Source: Antedon mediterranea (Eukaryota > Animalia > Echinodermata). From it: a DNA stretch of 64,000 nt. The translations under genes were made by a program, and so were the position numbers. Shown piece after piece: positions 40,424 to 53,560 of the stretch. The notes under the pieces are model-generated. The model was not told where the DNA came from and made no database searches. It saw only the letters and a program-made list of their open reading frames with translations. Where the stretch lies: contig NC_092679.1 in the NCBI RefSeq assembly GCF_964355755.1, positions 21,435,432-21,499,431 of the forward strand, given 5' to 3'. How positions within the stretch are numbered: the stretch's first letter is position 1; each line of letters opens with the position of its first letter.

Positions 40424-41969
40424 GCCCCTTTTCCTCATTCATATTGTTTTTTTACATGTTTCTTTAACCTTACCTTACTTAAATATGTTGCCTGGATCCG
40501 AAATTTTAAAGCTTAAGCTTCCAGTGGGGTACCAATTTTCTCATTTTATTATGTATTATTTTAGAAAATGTTATCTGTACTTTTGTTTTATTTGAGAAAT
40601 AGGCCTAAAATGTATTATAGATTTATTGATTGATTGATTGATAAAGTCGCACGTATTTGAAATTAAAAAGTATAGCGTCTATATTACAATTAAGGCGCTT
40701 GCCTAAACGATCATATATTTTTCACTTTGTAGAAAGTCTATACAGGTAACAGCAGGAATACAATCTGTCATTCAACAGACTACAGTAAGTCTGAGTAAAT
40801 AGTAGTGATAGTGTATCACAGAAAAAACAACAATATGTTTGTATTATATTAGGCCTATAGCGCATTCTAAACTAATAAAGCCATACGGTAACGAGAACTT
40901 AACATGTGTTTTATGATAATTAATTCGGTTAGGAAATTAATAACTGTATAGATTGCCGCGCCTTTATCGATGTCGTCACGCTATCTGATAGCGGGAATTT
41001 CCATTCACAGTCTAATCTTCGATTGATTTCTGATAACGGGAATTTCCCAATTTGCAAAAAAATAGAAAAATAACAGATGTTAAGATGTTAACAGGTAAGT
41101 TTCGATGTCAAACCCACGAATCGGTACATTTCAAATGGTTCGATTAATTTCTGATAACGGGAATTTCTCAATTTTAATAACATATGTTTTTAACAAATTA
41201 TTCTCAAGCTGGTTCAATATTTTTTTATTTTTTTTTTATTTTATGTCTTTAGGCAATGTGGCCAAGGATTACCAATAGTGAATTAATCACTGTCCTATCA
41301 GATAGGTGGTAATCCCCCTGTTGCATTTATATTTTTAAACAAATTATATTGTCACTTTCTACCACAAAAACCAAAAAGTATTTTACTATTGTGTATTTGA
41401 ATATATCTAGATAAATTTTATATCTAGATTGAAGGTGGATGATTATTCGACGGGGCTGATATATAACAGATAAAAATCTAGGCCCAGGAAGAGAAACATT
41501 AGATGACCTAGTGAAATTCAATCGTTCAAGTAATATCCTTAGGTCTGAACCGCCTGATTTTCTGACATATTTCAAGTAACTGAAGCAATCAATCAGATAT
41601 CTATTTCGTGGTCATTTCAGCTGGGTTTAAAAAAAATATTCTTTAAAATTATGATCTACGGTTTAAAGATATTTAATTAAGGACGAGAAGAAATTTAAGA
41701 CAGAAAAACACACAATCAGTGCAATATTTTGCTGTACTTATTATTAGAAAGGTTTTAGGAATATAATAGAAATTGAACATTAAAACGGAAGAGGACGATT
41801 TCCAAATGAAGGGAATTGAAAAACGAGTCACTGATCATACAGTAAAAGGTTATGGATAGGCCTATATCATGCCCAAGGAAATGTTTTCGGAATAGAGATA
41901 GATAGAGATTCACACTGTTGTCTATTACCTTTTTTTATGACACAAAATAGCAAATAAGTTGGATAAAAA

Positions 41970-42625
41970 CAACTAGATAATAATATGTACTAGGCATATT
42001 ATAAAATCTATAGAGACGTCACATCATCGAATAACATATCCTAATGTATATAACTAGATATAGCCTATAATATCAGCAAAGTAATATCATTGGCAGCATA
42101 TGGTATGTATCCTACTAATAAACTAAACTACATTCGATGTAGAGAAATGCTATAATTATGTGTACATTTTCGATGGGGAAGAAAAAATCGGCACATGTAA
42201 ATGTACAATAGCCAAGGCAAAGAGAACTTCTCAAACGAGTAGTAATCAGCAGCCCGTTAAGCCTGGTTTCCATTAAAATCACTATAGCATTTCCATTAAA
42301 ATCGCTACACGCGCAGATGCCGCCGACGCAATCGGGAAGGCTCCCCGATTCATCGCAGTCGATCAAATCGGCAAAGTTCAACCATGTTCAACTTTGCCGA
42401 TTGTGTCGGCGATGAATCGTATACGCGTACCAAAGAATATTTAGCGCTCGCATACTAGATCCCCGATAAATTCAAGCGTTTCCATAAAATCGCTCGCTCT
42501 GTCGTGTAGCGATTTTATGGAAACCAGGCTTTATGGGTTTCAAATAATGTTCCTTAGACCAAAATCAAACATCGTCATATAGTATGTACATTTACAAAGC
42601 AAACAAAGCAACAAATGATCACTGT
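41970..42625 (+). pseudogene. Relic of a gene E-like copy: duplicated upstream block, CUB exon fragment and following intron fragment
   Basis: 41979-42060 repeats 42679-42750. 42129-42195 (TFDVEKCYNYVYIFDGEEKIGT) matches gene E CUB at about 45491-45556. 42200-42620 matches E intron about 45848-45985 apart from a MITE insertion. Confidence 0.75.
42260..42530. mobile_element. PIF/Harbinger-type MITE (family 3)
   Basis: TIR AGCCTGGTTTCCAT / ATGGAAACCAGGCT with TTA duplication. The empty site is visible in the paralogous E intron (cagcccgttgcgggtt, about 45894-45910). Confidence 0.85.
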
Positions 42626-42866
42626 CGCCCATCCTCATAGACAAATTCAACAAAAACACGTAGAGACAAAAGTAAAATAATAATGTACTAGGCATATTAT
42701 AAAATCTATAGACACACATCATCGATATCCTAATGTTTACAGTTAGATATAAAACTCAGCAAATGATTATCATCTGCAGCATCTGGTCATTCTTATGTCT
42801 ACATTTGGCCTAAATAACCACGCTTAAACATCAATTATACTTAATATTCATTTAAAAAAACTGAAG

Positions 42867-45800
42867 ATGAGGGCGAAAGGCATTTTTATCCTGTGCTTAT
42901 ACTTTCTGTGCATTAAGTCAGGTAGGCATATAGTTTTACTATTATTCTCTTTGCAAGTGGATTTCTTCATTATAAGTTATATTTTAGTATCATTTAAATT
43001 AAGTGGCCACTAATAACAAGTTTTCAATGCTTTTTATGAACTTAAACACAGCTGGCAGTACGGAATGGTTCACCTGGGTCCTCGGAACCGAAAACCTCTA
43101 AGGATCAATCTTTTTTTATTTACAAAATTTAAAAATGTTATAGCATTTGTGAAAGTTTATCAAACTGTATAAATAACACTTTTTTAAGTAGTTTATATCG
43201 GCTGTTGCTTTTCCGGATTTTTTCGAGAGCTTTTCCAAATTTTGTAAGTCCTTCATTGACATCGAAGTGTTTAAGGTGATGTTGCCGAACTTTCGACAGC
43301 ATAACGAAATTAAAATAAACTTGAGTTTGATAAAAATATATTTGTGCATACATAAAAAATTGTAAAACGTTCGGCGTATTTCAAAATGTATAAATGACAT
43401 TATTATAAAAAAAAAACATTAGAAAATAACAAACATGAGATAACTAAAGACGTTATGATTAAATGTTATTATATTAATGTATGAATAAAAGTGGTGTTTA
43501 TACGCCGACCGACAACCTCAGTAATCCAACGACAAAGCGTCTTGACATGTCGTCTTCTGACCCTAATTATACAGTATGCTGTACATGTACTGTATAATGT
43601 TGGGTAATGCCAATATACTGTAGGCCTACATTACATTTTACTTGCATATGTGAGTAAATACATGCTGTTGTGCAGGGTTTTGACTATGATGCTTGGATAG
43701 AGCCACATCCAATTTATCAGTTTAGAGACATTTTACAGCAGGAATGAAAGTGTTTAGAATTCGAGGAATTCAGGTAAATGTTTCAAATTGAATTGTGGAA
43801 ATTGTGTCTATGTTAATCGTGTTTTGTTATTTTAGTTAAAGCTGATATAAAAACAGATTTCCAATATGGTTATGATGGTTGGAGTCAAGATTACGGTGAT
43901 AATTATGACTGGTCACGCAGGTCTGGTTCTACGTCAACATCTTACACTGGACCATCAAACGGTCATTCGGGATACTCTTGTAAGTTAACAAGCATATTAT
44001 GAAGTATGGTTTTGTTTGTTTACTGGACATAAACCATAATGTATGACCATTCAAACCATGCTGGACATTAGTCTAGTGTACCTAGTTCTGACCGACTCTA
44101 CTAGTTTATTGTTTTAAATTCCATACAGTAATAAATAAATTCCTAATGCAATCTCACATATGATATTGTGTTTACTCTTACTGAAAACAAAATGTTTAAT
44201 GGAGAAAAAGTGATTTATTTAAAAAAAATTGATATGTACTAACTATATAAATGTATTTAAATCCAATGAATACTATGTGAACGATTCTACTACAAAGACT
44301 AGAAAGTATTGTATGAATATATATTAAGAATGTAATAATTATATGACAATAAAAGTGGGACGAGCCAACGAAAGACAAAACAATAATTATAATACATAGT
44401 TTATATTATGATACAGTATGTCGTGTTGTGCGGAATTACGATACAGTATAAAGAGAATCGGGTAACTTTTAGTAGTACCGTGCTGGATCCACACTATAGA
44501 ATTCATAAAACATTTTCACATTTACATTTATTTTCTCGTCGTAGATGACTATTTTGTCTATATTGATGCTTCAAGTCAATATTACTCGGGATCATCTCGT
44601 CTAAGAAGTCCATTGCTATCACAAGTACAAGACCAAACTTTAGAATTTTACTACCACATGTATGGATCACACGTTCGATATCTCAGAGTTTACAGAAGAT
44701 CAAATTCGGGTGACCAGCTGCTATGGTCAGAGTATGGTAATGAAGGAAACTATTGGCGTCACGCTGAAGTGCCATTTAAATATTCTGACAATGGAAACAA
44801 CTACATCGTATTCGAAGCCACATCGGGAGGTTCTAATTATGGTTATTATTATGGTGATATTGCAATTGACGATATTTTTATCCGTGATACTGGTATGTAT
44901 TATTGCTAATAAACTTTGTATCCAACTATTACCATCGTCCTTATACAATATAAAACAATAGGCTAGTAGAGATATACCAAGGCAAACTAACAACACAGGG
45001 CATTGAGCTCGCCTTGGGAAGATAGGAACTCGTAACAGTACTTTGATCTTATGTCTGGCTGCGAAAAATACCAACAGTCCTACTGTATTATTTATCGCGG
45101 TATCTGAGGGGCGTGGAGCTGTACGTGTCGCAGCCACAGATCAATGTATGGAGCTCAGAATCCTGCTGGTATACATAAAACAGTAGAGACGGATCCAGAA
45201 TAATAAGATTGGTCAAAGTAAACCATTTATGAATAATAACTTGTACTTCTGCTCCTTTACTGTTGGGACCAAGTATTCCTTTTGTTACTACTGCACTGGC
45301 TGTCTAAGATAGACCCTAAAAAATATCACATTGTTCTTTTTTTACAGAGATTAAACCAGAAAGATTCATTTGTGGTAACGAATCTCAAGTGCTCATCTCT
45401 CCTGGATACCCAAACGACTATGACAATAACCAGACCATGAGCTGGTCGTTTCGCACTCATCCTGGTCGTCTTCTTGCCGTTGATTTTAACACATTCGATG
45501 TAGAGAAATTCTACGATTATGTGTACATTTTCGATGGCGAAGAAAAAATTGGCACTTACACTGGTTCCCGTCTACCACCAGTAACAGTTTCTTCAAATAC
45601 AATAACTATTGTTTTTGAAACCGACGATAGTACAGCATCTAAAGGGTTTGAAGCTGAAATATTTGTCTATCCAGAAGCTCCAGGTAAACATTGCGCAACA
45701 ACATGCCATCACGCAGCTCAACTCGTCTTATTTGGAAAGTTCGAAGCAAAAAAGCTATGATAAAAGTTACTTTGTGACTTCCATATTCATAAAATGATGT

Positions 45801-48800
45801 CGCATCTGTTATAAAGTGCGACATAACAATCTAAATGTACCGTACTGCACGATAGTCAACGCTAAGAGAACTTCTTAAACAAGTAGTAGTAAACAGCCCG
45901 TTGCGGGTTTCAATTAATGTTACTTCGACCAAAACCAAGTCTCGTCATAGTATGTACATTTACAAACAATGCAATAAAACAATCATTTGGTTTTGGGACG
46001 ACATACAGACTCTGCCGCATTTGATCAGACACATACACAAACAAGGCCATATACATGTCTGCAGTCGCGTGCTCAAATTTGAGTTAGTGTTTACCGACCA
46101 ACCGACCGACCGACCAACCAACCGAACGACCGACCAACCAACCGACCGACATAGTGAGCTGTAGAGTCAATACATACATTGTACATACACATACAGTAGA
46201 CAAAGTCAAGGGAATAACCGCTCTAAAAATGTGATCAAACAATTTATTTTTTTGTTAGATGGTATCTGTGCCAACTTTGATGATGGATGGTGTGGTTGGT
46301 ACTACACCAGCAGCAGCCGATGGATGCACTCTTCCTCGAGAACCTCGAACTGGGGAAACAGATATCGTTACCAAGGTTAACAAGTTTCTGTCATGTTTTT
46401 ATTTTATGTAACTGTAAAAAAAAAACTAAAATGTAATCGATTTATATTACGTGACCAGTTCAGCACGGCCGGTAAGTTTTGTATATCGTAGACTAACCGG
46501 GTAACTTGTTGACTGCCCATCTACCTGCAGTTAGGAAAGAGTAATATTTCACTCTTTCCTGATTCGACCAAGTAATTTGGTGTCGGGTAGACCGGGTAGG
46601 TTTACAGACTGACCAACTAAATTGGCGACTGCTGACTGATCTATGACAGTGACTTTTCCTGACCGATTACTGGCAACATGAGAACTTGTTGACTGCTCTG
46701 TCAGGTAACCTGGTGACCGTCGACAGATTGGTAACTTTGCGTCGGACAATCGATGAGTAACTTGTCGTGTCTAAACGAACAGTTGTTGTTATAATAGTAA
46801 ATGCATTAATTGATAATTGTTTTTTATTACAGACGATCATTTTATATATGTAGAATCGACATCTTCTAGTTCCAAATATGGATACCTTAACAGCCCAGTA
46901 ATGCCAAGTGAATGGAATGAGGCGTGCCTACGACTATACTACTATATGAGTGGATATTCAAATCAATATATACGTATTAACCACTATTACAATTATTACT
47001 CATCATCAAGTTTAACAACCATTTACGACGATAACAGTGCTACATGGAAGTATACTAGTATAAGTTTTACAAACTATGAGGATTCGTACATCCAGCTATA
47101 TGGGAGAGCATACTATTACAACATGATAGCAGTTGATGATATTTATATAAGTGAAGGGCCGTGTTCGGATACTGAAGGTAGAAGTATGCATCTTATTTAA
47201 AACAATATCGAATTATCAATCTACGGACAAGTCCGTCTTTTTATGGTGGTGTAAAGTAAAGTAATCTCCAATTTTAGGACCTAAACTATTTCTTACTGAT
47301 TTTGACAATCCACACCGACTCCCTTCACGACATTAGTTTGCCTCGTTGATATAACCTTTCATCATTCACCAAGTGCCATTATTTGTACCATTACACGAAT
47401 ACAAAACATTCATTATTTGTTTTATATAACATCTAGACGTTTTTTTTTCGTACACAAAAATGTTTAAAAAAGTACTATTTAACGATCGTTGAATAGTGCG
47501 TACTATTGCACGCCATGTGACCCACATTCGTCCAATCAAATGAGAGGAATTTATATAGGTGTTATATAATATGTATTATTTAATTTAATGTCCATCCAAC
47601 TTTTTCCGCTAAAGCTCTGTTTCTACTATCAAATTTATGTGACAAAAAAAAATATGATGTGCGGGAGTGCCCGTACAATGACACGATGGCATCATATCAC
47701 TACCATATTTGGGCTTTTTTTTGTAGACAAAGCTTTAATCGGTATCACAAACACTATTCTAATTGTGATTAATGTATTATTCTCTAATAGTAATACCGCC
47801 TAGTACTACACCAGAAACAGATTATGAAGGGGAAACTGGTAAGTTATTATTACAATAATTTAATAACAGGCTAGTTACAGTCATTTTTGGCAATGTTCTG
47901 CAAATTCAAAACATAGTCTAAAAGGCCTAATGAAGCATGTACAACACATTATGTATAAAATGACGCGTAGCGCTCTTAAGTTACGTACGACTGCACCGTT
48001 CAGTTCTGTATACAATTTTCCATTGTTTAACAAAACTGCGAATGTGAATGAAGCTTTACTCTGATCTTTCTCTCCTGTATACAGATGTAGTATGCAGTGA
48101 CTCGTACATGACAGTGTACTTGGACGCTTCACTTGATAACAGTGAGAACGCACGTTTCCTGGACACCACATGTCGAGCCAAAGGATACGTGTATCGTAAC
48201 GGCATTAAGTATATCTATCTTTACACTCGATATGACCAGTGTCAAACATCAATGACGGTAAATATACTAATAACGTATTCTGTAGCCAACTGTTTAATAT
48301 GAAATGCAATGTGTCAATTTGACAAAGCATATTTCATGTTTTAATTTAAGCTCCTTGTGCGAGTATTACGTTTATAAACCTCTGTCTTCACTTATCAAAC
48401 TTGATGTGACAAACAACTATGATCTGTCCATTATGGACATGATGATGTCATCACTAACATATTTGGGCATATCACTACCATATTTGAGTATACATCACAC
48501 TTTTTTTTGTAAAACTAGTTTGATAGTGAATACAGAGCTTTTTTCTTTTTTCTTTAACTTAAAAGTAAGTGTTAAAAGTGGAACTTGTTTTTCTTCAGTC
48601 GACCCTAAATACAACAACCTACCATAACGAAGTTATCATAGCCGAAAACAGTACAATGATTACAAGAGAAGACGTCATTCACATTAACGTTAAGTGTGAG
48701 CTTGAAAATAACGGCCGATCTTCAGTTGATTTCAAACCAGAGGACGACGAGACACTAGTTTCACACAAACGAGGATATGACAACTTCACGTTTCATATGG

Positions 48801-50842
48801 AGCTTTATACCGACGAAAGTTACTCTACACTCTATCCTCGCCAGCAGTATCCCTTAGAGTATGATCTCGGTAGCAGGTTATACGCTGGTGCAAGCGTGCA
48901 GACGTTCAGCAATGATATAATCGTATTTCTTGACACTTGCTACGCGACACCTAATCCTGACCCAGATGCTGAACCAAAACATGAACTGATCAAAAACAGG
49001 TATAGCTTTAGTTTCACTTCAATAAAAGATCTCATAAATTTGTTTAAGGCCGCAAAAATAACAAGTTTTAACAGTCTTTAGGCCTAGTTAAAAAAAACAT
49101 CTTTAAAAGGCATATCACTTGCTGATACACTTCTCCCGCGTCTTCTGGTGGACTCCAAAATGGAGAGATCTCCATTCCTTCCTATCCTGCATCAATGTCT
49201 ATTAGGCCTAACAGTATTTCCTTAGCAGTCTATACCCTGTATTCTTGATCCACATTAATGTCAAGCTGCTTTTCCACTTGATATGTTCGAAACCCAACAC
49301 AAACCTTCTCTTTCTAATATAAGTAGTTAATACACTCTGTCATATGTGCCTTCCAACTGAAATTTCATACTTTCATTATAAAAAATTGTCAAAATTTACG
49401 AAAATAAACAAACAAAATACAAAGAAGAGAAGCTACCAAAACCACCACCGTCCTAGTGGGTCTAACAAACAGTTTCTCCTAACCAAACCCATCAATACAA
49501 ACTAGAACTAAGTTCATTTAAAAAATGGATACAATGTAAAATGTATTCACAGTACACCATAAGGATCTTACTCCCTACTTATGCCCGTTTATGCATACGT
49601 CATTCATAAATTACTCACGCATAACGGAGTATAACTAGCGCCATCACATCATTATTGTGGATTTCTTTTTTTTTGCCTGCACATCACCTCATTCCCTACC
49701 ATAACAATGACAGAATGCGCAACAGAAAATACACTATATAATTTTCTTTTGCTTTTTCTTCTAGCTGCGGCGTGGACGAAACTGTTGGTTTTGCCGGTCA
49801 AGTTTCTAAAAACACCGCACGCGTTTTCTTTTCCTTTAACACCTTTGTGTTTAACAACGATTTATCTACGGTAAGAAGTCTCTTTTAAGCTCTGCCTACA
49901 CTATCAAACTTTATGTAACAACAAAATGTGATGTGTCCATATATCGACATGATGTCATATTATTTCCATATTTGAGCATATAACTATCATATTTGGGCAC
50001 ATCACACTTTTTTTTGTTAAACTAGTTTGATAGTGTGGACAGAGCTTTATTTTGTAAAACAGGAATGACATTTACTTTAGAAGAAGATTGTAGAACACCC
50101 AAAAAATAATTTCTTTTTCGGGAAATATTAAATTATTTTTATTGTATCGACAAAATCCAATCGATGATTTTTGTGTATTGTTTTGTCAGGTGTTTATTCA
50201 TTGTGATTTGTCAATTTGCAACAAAACTGATTGGAGGTGTCATAGAGACTGTAACCAACGACAACGACGTGACGTCAGTATGCCCAAAAAATTGTCCAAT
50301 AGTGTACCGGTAGTTGTTGGACCGGTGATAATGAAACGAGCCGACGAGAGCCAGAAAGTCAATTTGGATACAAAAGGTACAATTGTGGTTTACGAATTAC
50401 ATCATCAGAATTACAAATCATATTAGATTTCAATGGTTTCAGAAAATATTCCTGAAATACTGAAATGTTTATTAAAAGACCAACATTTATCGGAAAAGTA
50501 AAATTTTCGGAAAGTTCGAGGAAATGTATAATTTCACTCTTTCCTTGTTTAACTATAGTCATATTGATATTTCACGTATTGCCAAAACAATTTAATATTC
50601 GATTTCAAAAAAATTATTCGACGCGAGCGAATGTTTTATAGCGATAAGAAAATAAAATCAAACACTTGATCAATTACAGTATCCTTTTTTCAGAGCCAAC
50701 GTCAAGAACAGCATTTCCAGCGTTTTCATCTCTACTGTTTATCGTTAGTCTGGTGGTTCTAGTTGCAGGGATTGGCCAATGGATCACTGCTAAAATTAAC
50801 ACCAGAAATACATACCAACGACTTGAACATAACGAAATATAG
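42867..50842 (+). CDS. Gene E: divergent SP-MAM-CUB-MAM-linker-ZP-TM protein (802 aa)
   Basis: Exons 42867-42921 (MRAKGIFILCLYFLCIKS), 43836-43979, 44545-44892, 45348-45683, 46259-46375, 46833-47177, 47791-47838, 48085-48257, 48599-48999, 49765-49870, 50190-50376 (RQRR), 50694-50842 (TM, TYQRLEHNEI*). Sum 2409 nt, open. The first exon is the least certain. Confidence 0.85.
43100..43530 (-). mobile_element. Possible 5' fragment of a Penelope-like element
   Basis: Minus-strand LQNLEKLSKKSGKATADINYLKKC resembles the N-terminus of Penelope-like ORFs. No RT motifs are present. Confidence 0.35.
45879..46170. mobile_element. Short repeat element with (ACCG/ACCA)n microsatellite, possibly Helentron-associated
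   Basis: AACAAG start, (ACCG)n at 46092-46150, then ATAGTGAGCTGTAGAGTC. Confidence 0.35.
47613..47734. mobile_element. MITE family 2 copy
   Basis: AGCTCTGTTTCTACTATCAAA...TGTAGACAAAGCT with TWA flanks. Confidence 0.65.
48377..48539. mobile_element. MITE family 2 copy
   Basis: CTCTGTCTTCACTTATCAAAC...GTTTGATAGTGAATACAGAGCT. Confidence 0.7.
49115..49370 (-). mobile_element. Possible degenerate RTE LINE 3' fragment
   Basis: Minus strand ...LMQDRKEWRSL..., resembling an RTE C-terminal motif. Confidence 0.35.
49888..50046. mobile_element. MITE family 2 copy (best preserved)
   Basis: TTA|AGCTCTGCCTACACTATCAAAC ... GTTTGATAGTGTGGACAGAGCT|TTA. Confidence 0.85.
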
Positions 50843-51314
50843 ATCACGCTTATGAGCGAGAAAATCCTTAAAAATTTAACAATTTTAATTGTTTTCTTTT
50901 ATTTTTTGTTAGTAAAGTAGTAAGCAACAATGTCTAGTTACATGTATACTTAAATTATCACGACGTACATACAGTGTATTTTCAATCTGAAAATAAGTTC
51001 TAACTTTCTTCAATACAAAAGTGTAGTTGACAGTTGAACAAAAACCATTTTAAAGTAAATTATAAACGTGAACTTGTTTCCATCAAACTGAATGTGAAAA
51101 TAAACGAATAAAGAAATAATATAGTACTTATGTAATGTGTTGTATTTTCACGGGTTTGATTGTGTTTGTTGAATGATTTATTTATGGCCTCTTTACTTCA
51201 AATAAAATTTACTGCAGATGTGCATACTTCTCAGCATTTAATTAAACTATAATAGCAATAAAGTATTACTGTACAATCATGGAAGAACAATAACTCCACG
51301 GTACAATAACAAAA

Positions 51315-51446
51315 TCTTTCTTTGTCTACACTATCAAACTAGTTTTTTATGTGCCAAATATGGTAGTGATATGACATCATCATGTCCATAATGGGCACAT
51401 GACATATTTTGTTTGTCACATAAAGTTTGATAATGTAGACAACGCT
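51315..51446. mobile_element. MITE family 2 copy
   Basis: TGTCTACACTATCAAAC...GTTTGATAATGTAGACA inverted termini. Confidence 0.7.
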
Positions 51447-52900
51447 TTAGATTTGAGAACATTTGTAATTTCGTCGACATCTTTCAAAATGCCAAAGGCC
51501 CCGGAAGCAACGCGTTCTAGCGTCATTTGAGGCCATTTTAATCAGATTTAGGGTAGCCACTTTTTCCATTTTTTATAATACATAAATAAAATACTGCGTG
51601 CAAAAAACATTGCACGAGGTCCGATGCGCGATGACTGTGTCAATCTATTGTTCAATTTAACCTTTAAAGTTCTGTATTTGGGGGGGGGGGGGGAGGGCGT
51701 ACGTCGATACTACAGTACACGATGACGTAACGTGTCGGTAAACTTCGCCTGGAAAGTAACTACAGTCAATGGAACGTCGCGGTTTTCTAGGCGCTGAAGC
51801 TACGAAGTGAACGCGAACGATTTATACTGTATATTATATTCCCCGACGAAAAGTATCCGCGTTCCCCGACGGAGGGCGGGGGGTCTAGGCTCACAGTGTA
51901 CAAGTTCCCGATCTGGATTGTGAGTTTTTATATGAGAATCCAGACCAATTTTAAAGTGGAAAGCCAAGTCGCCCTTGGTGCACTTGAAAGTTCTTTCCTA
52001 TTGCAAAGCTTCGTGTTTTCTGAATCTGTTTGCATGATAAAAAAACTCTTTCGGGCATTGACTGCATCATCTAGAGTATCTTCAGAAACTGGAGTATCTT
52101 CAGAAACTGGAGTATCTTCAAAAACTGGAATATATTCAATAACTCGAATATCTTCAACAACTGGATTATCTTCAGTAACTTCGGAAACTCCATTGTCACC
52201 ATGGAAATCACTGATGAACAATTTGAATCAAAGGTCTATGCAACAAGAGTCTTATTCAAGGTTTGATTTTTTTTCAAATAATTTATAACATTCTTTCTAA
52301 AAGCACGGACAAACACAAACGATACAAACACAGAAACTCTTTAACAACTCTTACAATTCGGGTATGTTTTCGACAAAGACGAACCAAGCGTAAATGATGA
52401 TGATGATGACGAGCAATTTGATTTGCCGGAACGGAACCGCGCCGCACTTTAACAGGCGTGAAATCATATATAACCGAAGGAAGACTGAAAGCCACAGTGA
52501 CTTTAACCATATTGCCTGCCATTATTGCCAATCGATATGCGCGTAACCGCCGCGTGAAAACAAAAAGCTTACGTTCAATTTGATTTGCCCGCGCCGGAAC
52601 GGAACCCAGCCGCAACAGGTGTGAAATACCCTTTAGTGCGACACCCTGTCCTTGTATGTAGGGGACACTGAATTTTAACAAGATAATAATGTAAGCAATA
52701 TATTCTATGATGCATCGTACCATCGTACAATACATTATACAACATTTTTATGAAGCAATACTAATACTAACTAACTTAGATACTCACAATTTCCACTGCC
52801 AAAAACTGCTTAACGACGAGGAGACGACGAGTTCCATACACGTTCAGATGTGAGCCTTGCCGAGAGTTTCAATCCGCGATACTACGCGCTCACACCAGTC

Positions 52901-53007
52901 CATCGGTTTGTAACTGAACTACAACAATACGAGCATCAAGGTTCTACCAATATAATATTGGTAGAACCTTGATGCTCGTATTGTTGTAGTTCAGTTACAA
53001 ACCGATG
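52901..53007. repeat. Perfect 107-bp palindrome (53-bp arms, 1-nt centre)
   Basis: CATCGGTTTG...CTACCAATAT-A-ATATTGGTAG...CAAACCGATG. Confidence 0.95.
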
Positions 53008-53389
53008 TTTTACAGTTAGTTGCGTGAAATGCACACTGCGCTCCACACGCTACATAGCCTACCACGCGCAATTGGCTGGGGGAGTCATGACTCGACATAC
53101 CACGCTAGACGTGCCTTCTTCCCAGCTGGAAAGCGATTTCTCATACATAATTATGCAAATATTACCGCTGCAGCGATACGTTGTATGTGGCCCTATTATT
53201 AGCGCCCTAGAGAGGGCACGCTACCAAACTAAAGTTTTGTAGGTGATTGAAGTATCTTCAAAAACTGGAGCATCTTCAATAACCGGAGTATCTTCAGAAA
53301 TTTCACTTATTTCCAGAGCTACATAATAATAATAATGTTTAATGTTCAAATGTTTTAATAGTGCTGTAATGATATTGAAATGGTATTCG

Positions 53390-53560
53390 ATAGACATTGT
53401 ATAACACTAGGCACTACACTTAATATGGTTCCCCCTAAAGCCAAAATGTAAAAATAATGAGGAACTCACTCAAATTTGCCGGCGCTCATGTATGGAACGA
53501 TCTACCGCAAGAAGTTAAAAAATCATCTACTTATTTAAATTTAAAATAAAATTATTAACA
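53390..53560 (+). mobile_element. CR1/L2-group LINE 3' fragment
   Basis: ...KFAGAHVWNDLPQEVKKSSTYLN, a typical C-terminal WNxLP motif. Confidence 0.55.

Noticed and set aside
43739-43773. Candidate small exon in gene E intron 1
   Set aside because: 35 nt and not phase-symmetric; inclusion would frameshift MAM1.
5029-50842. Assigning symbols such as DMBT1, CUZD1, MALRD1 or UMOD
   Set aside because: No SRCR, LDLa, EGF or D8C domains were seen and the domain order differs; orthology cannot be supported from the sequence alone.
51896-52735. ORFs of 130, 97 and 150 aa as host genes
   Set aside because: Low-complexity or repeat-derived, with no recognisable domain or supported exon chain; kept only as part of the unclassified insert.
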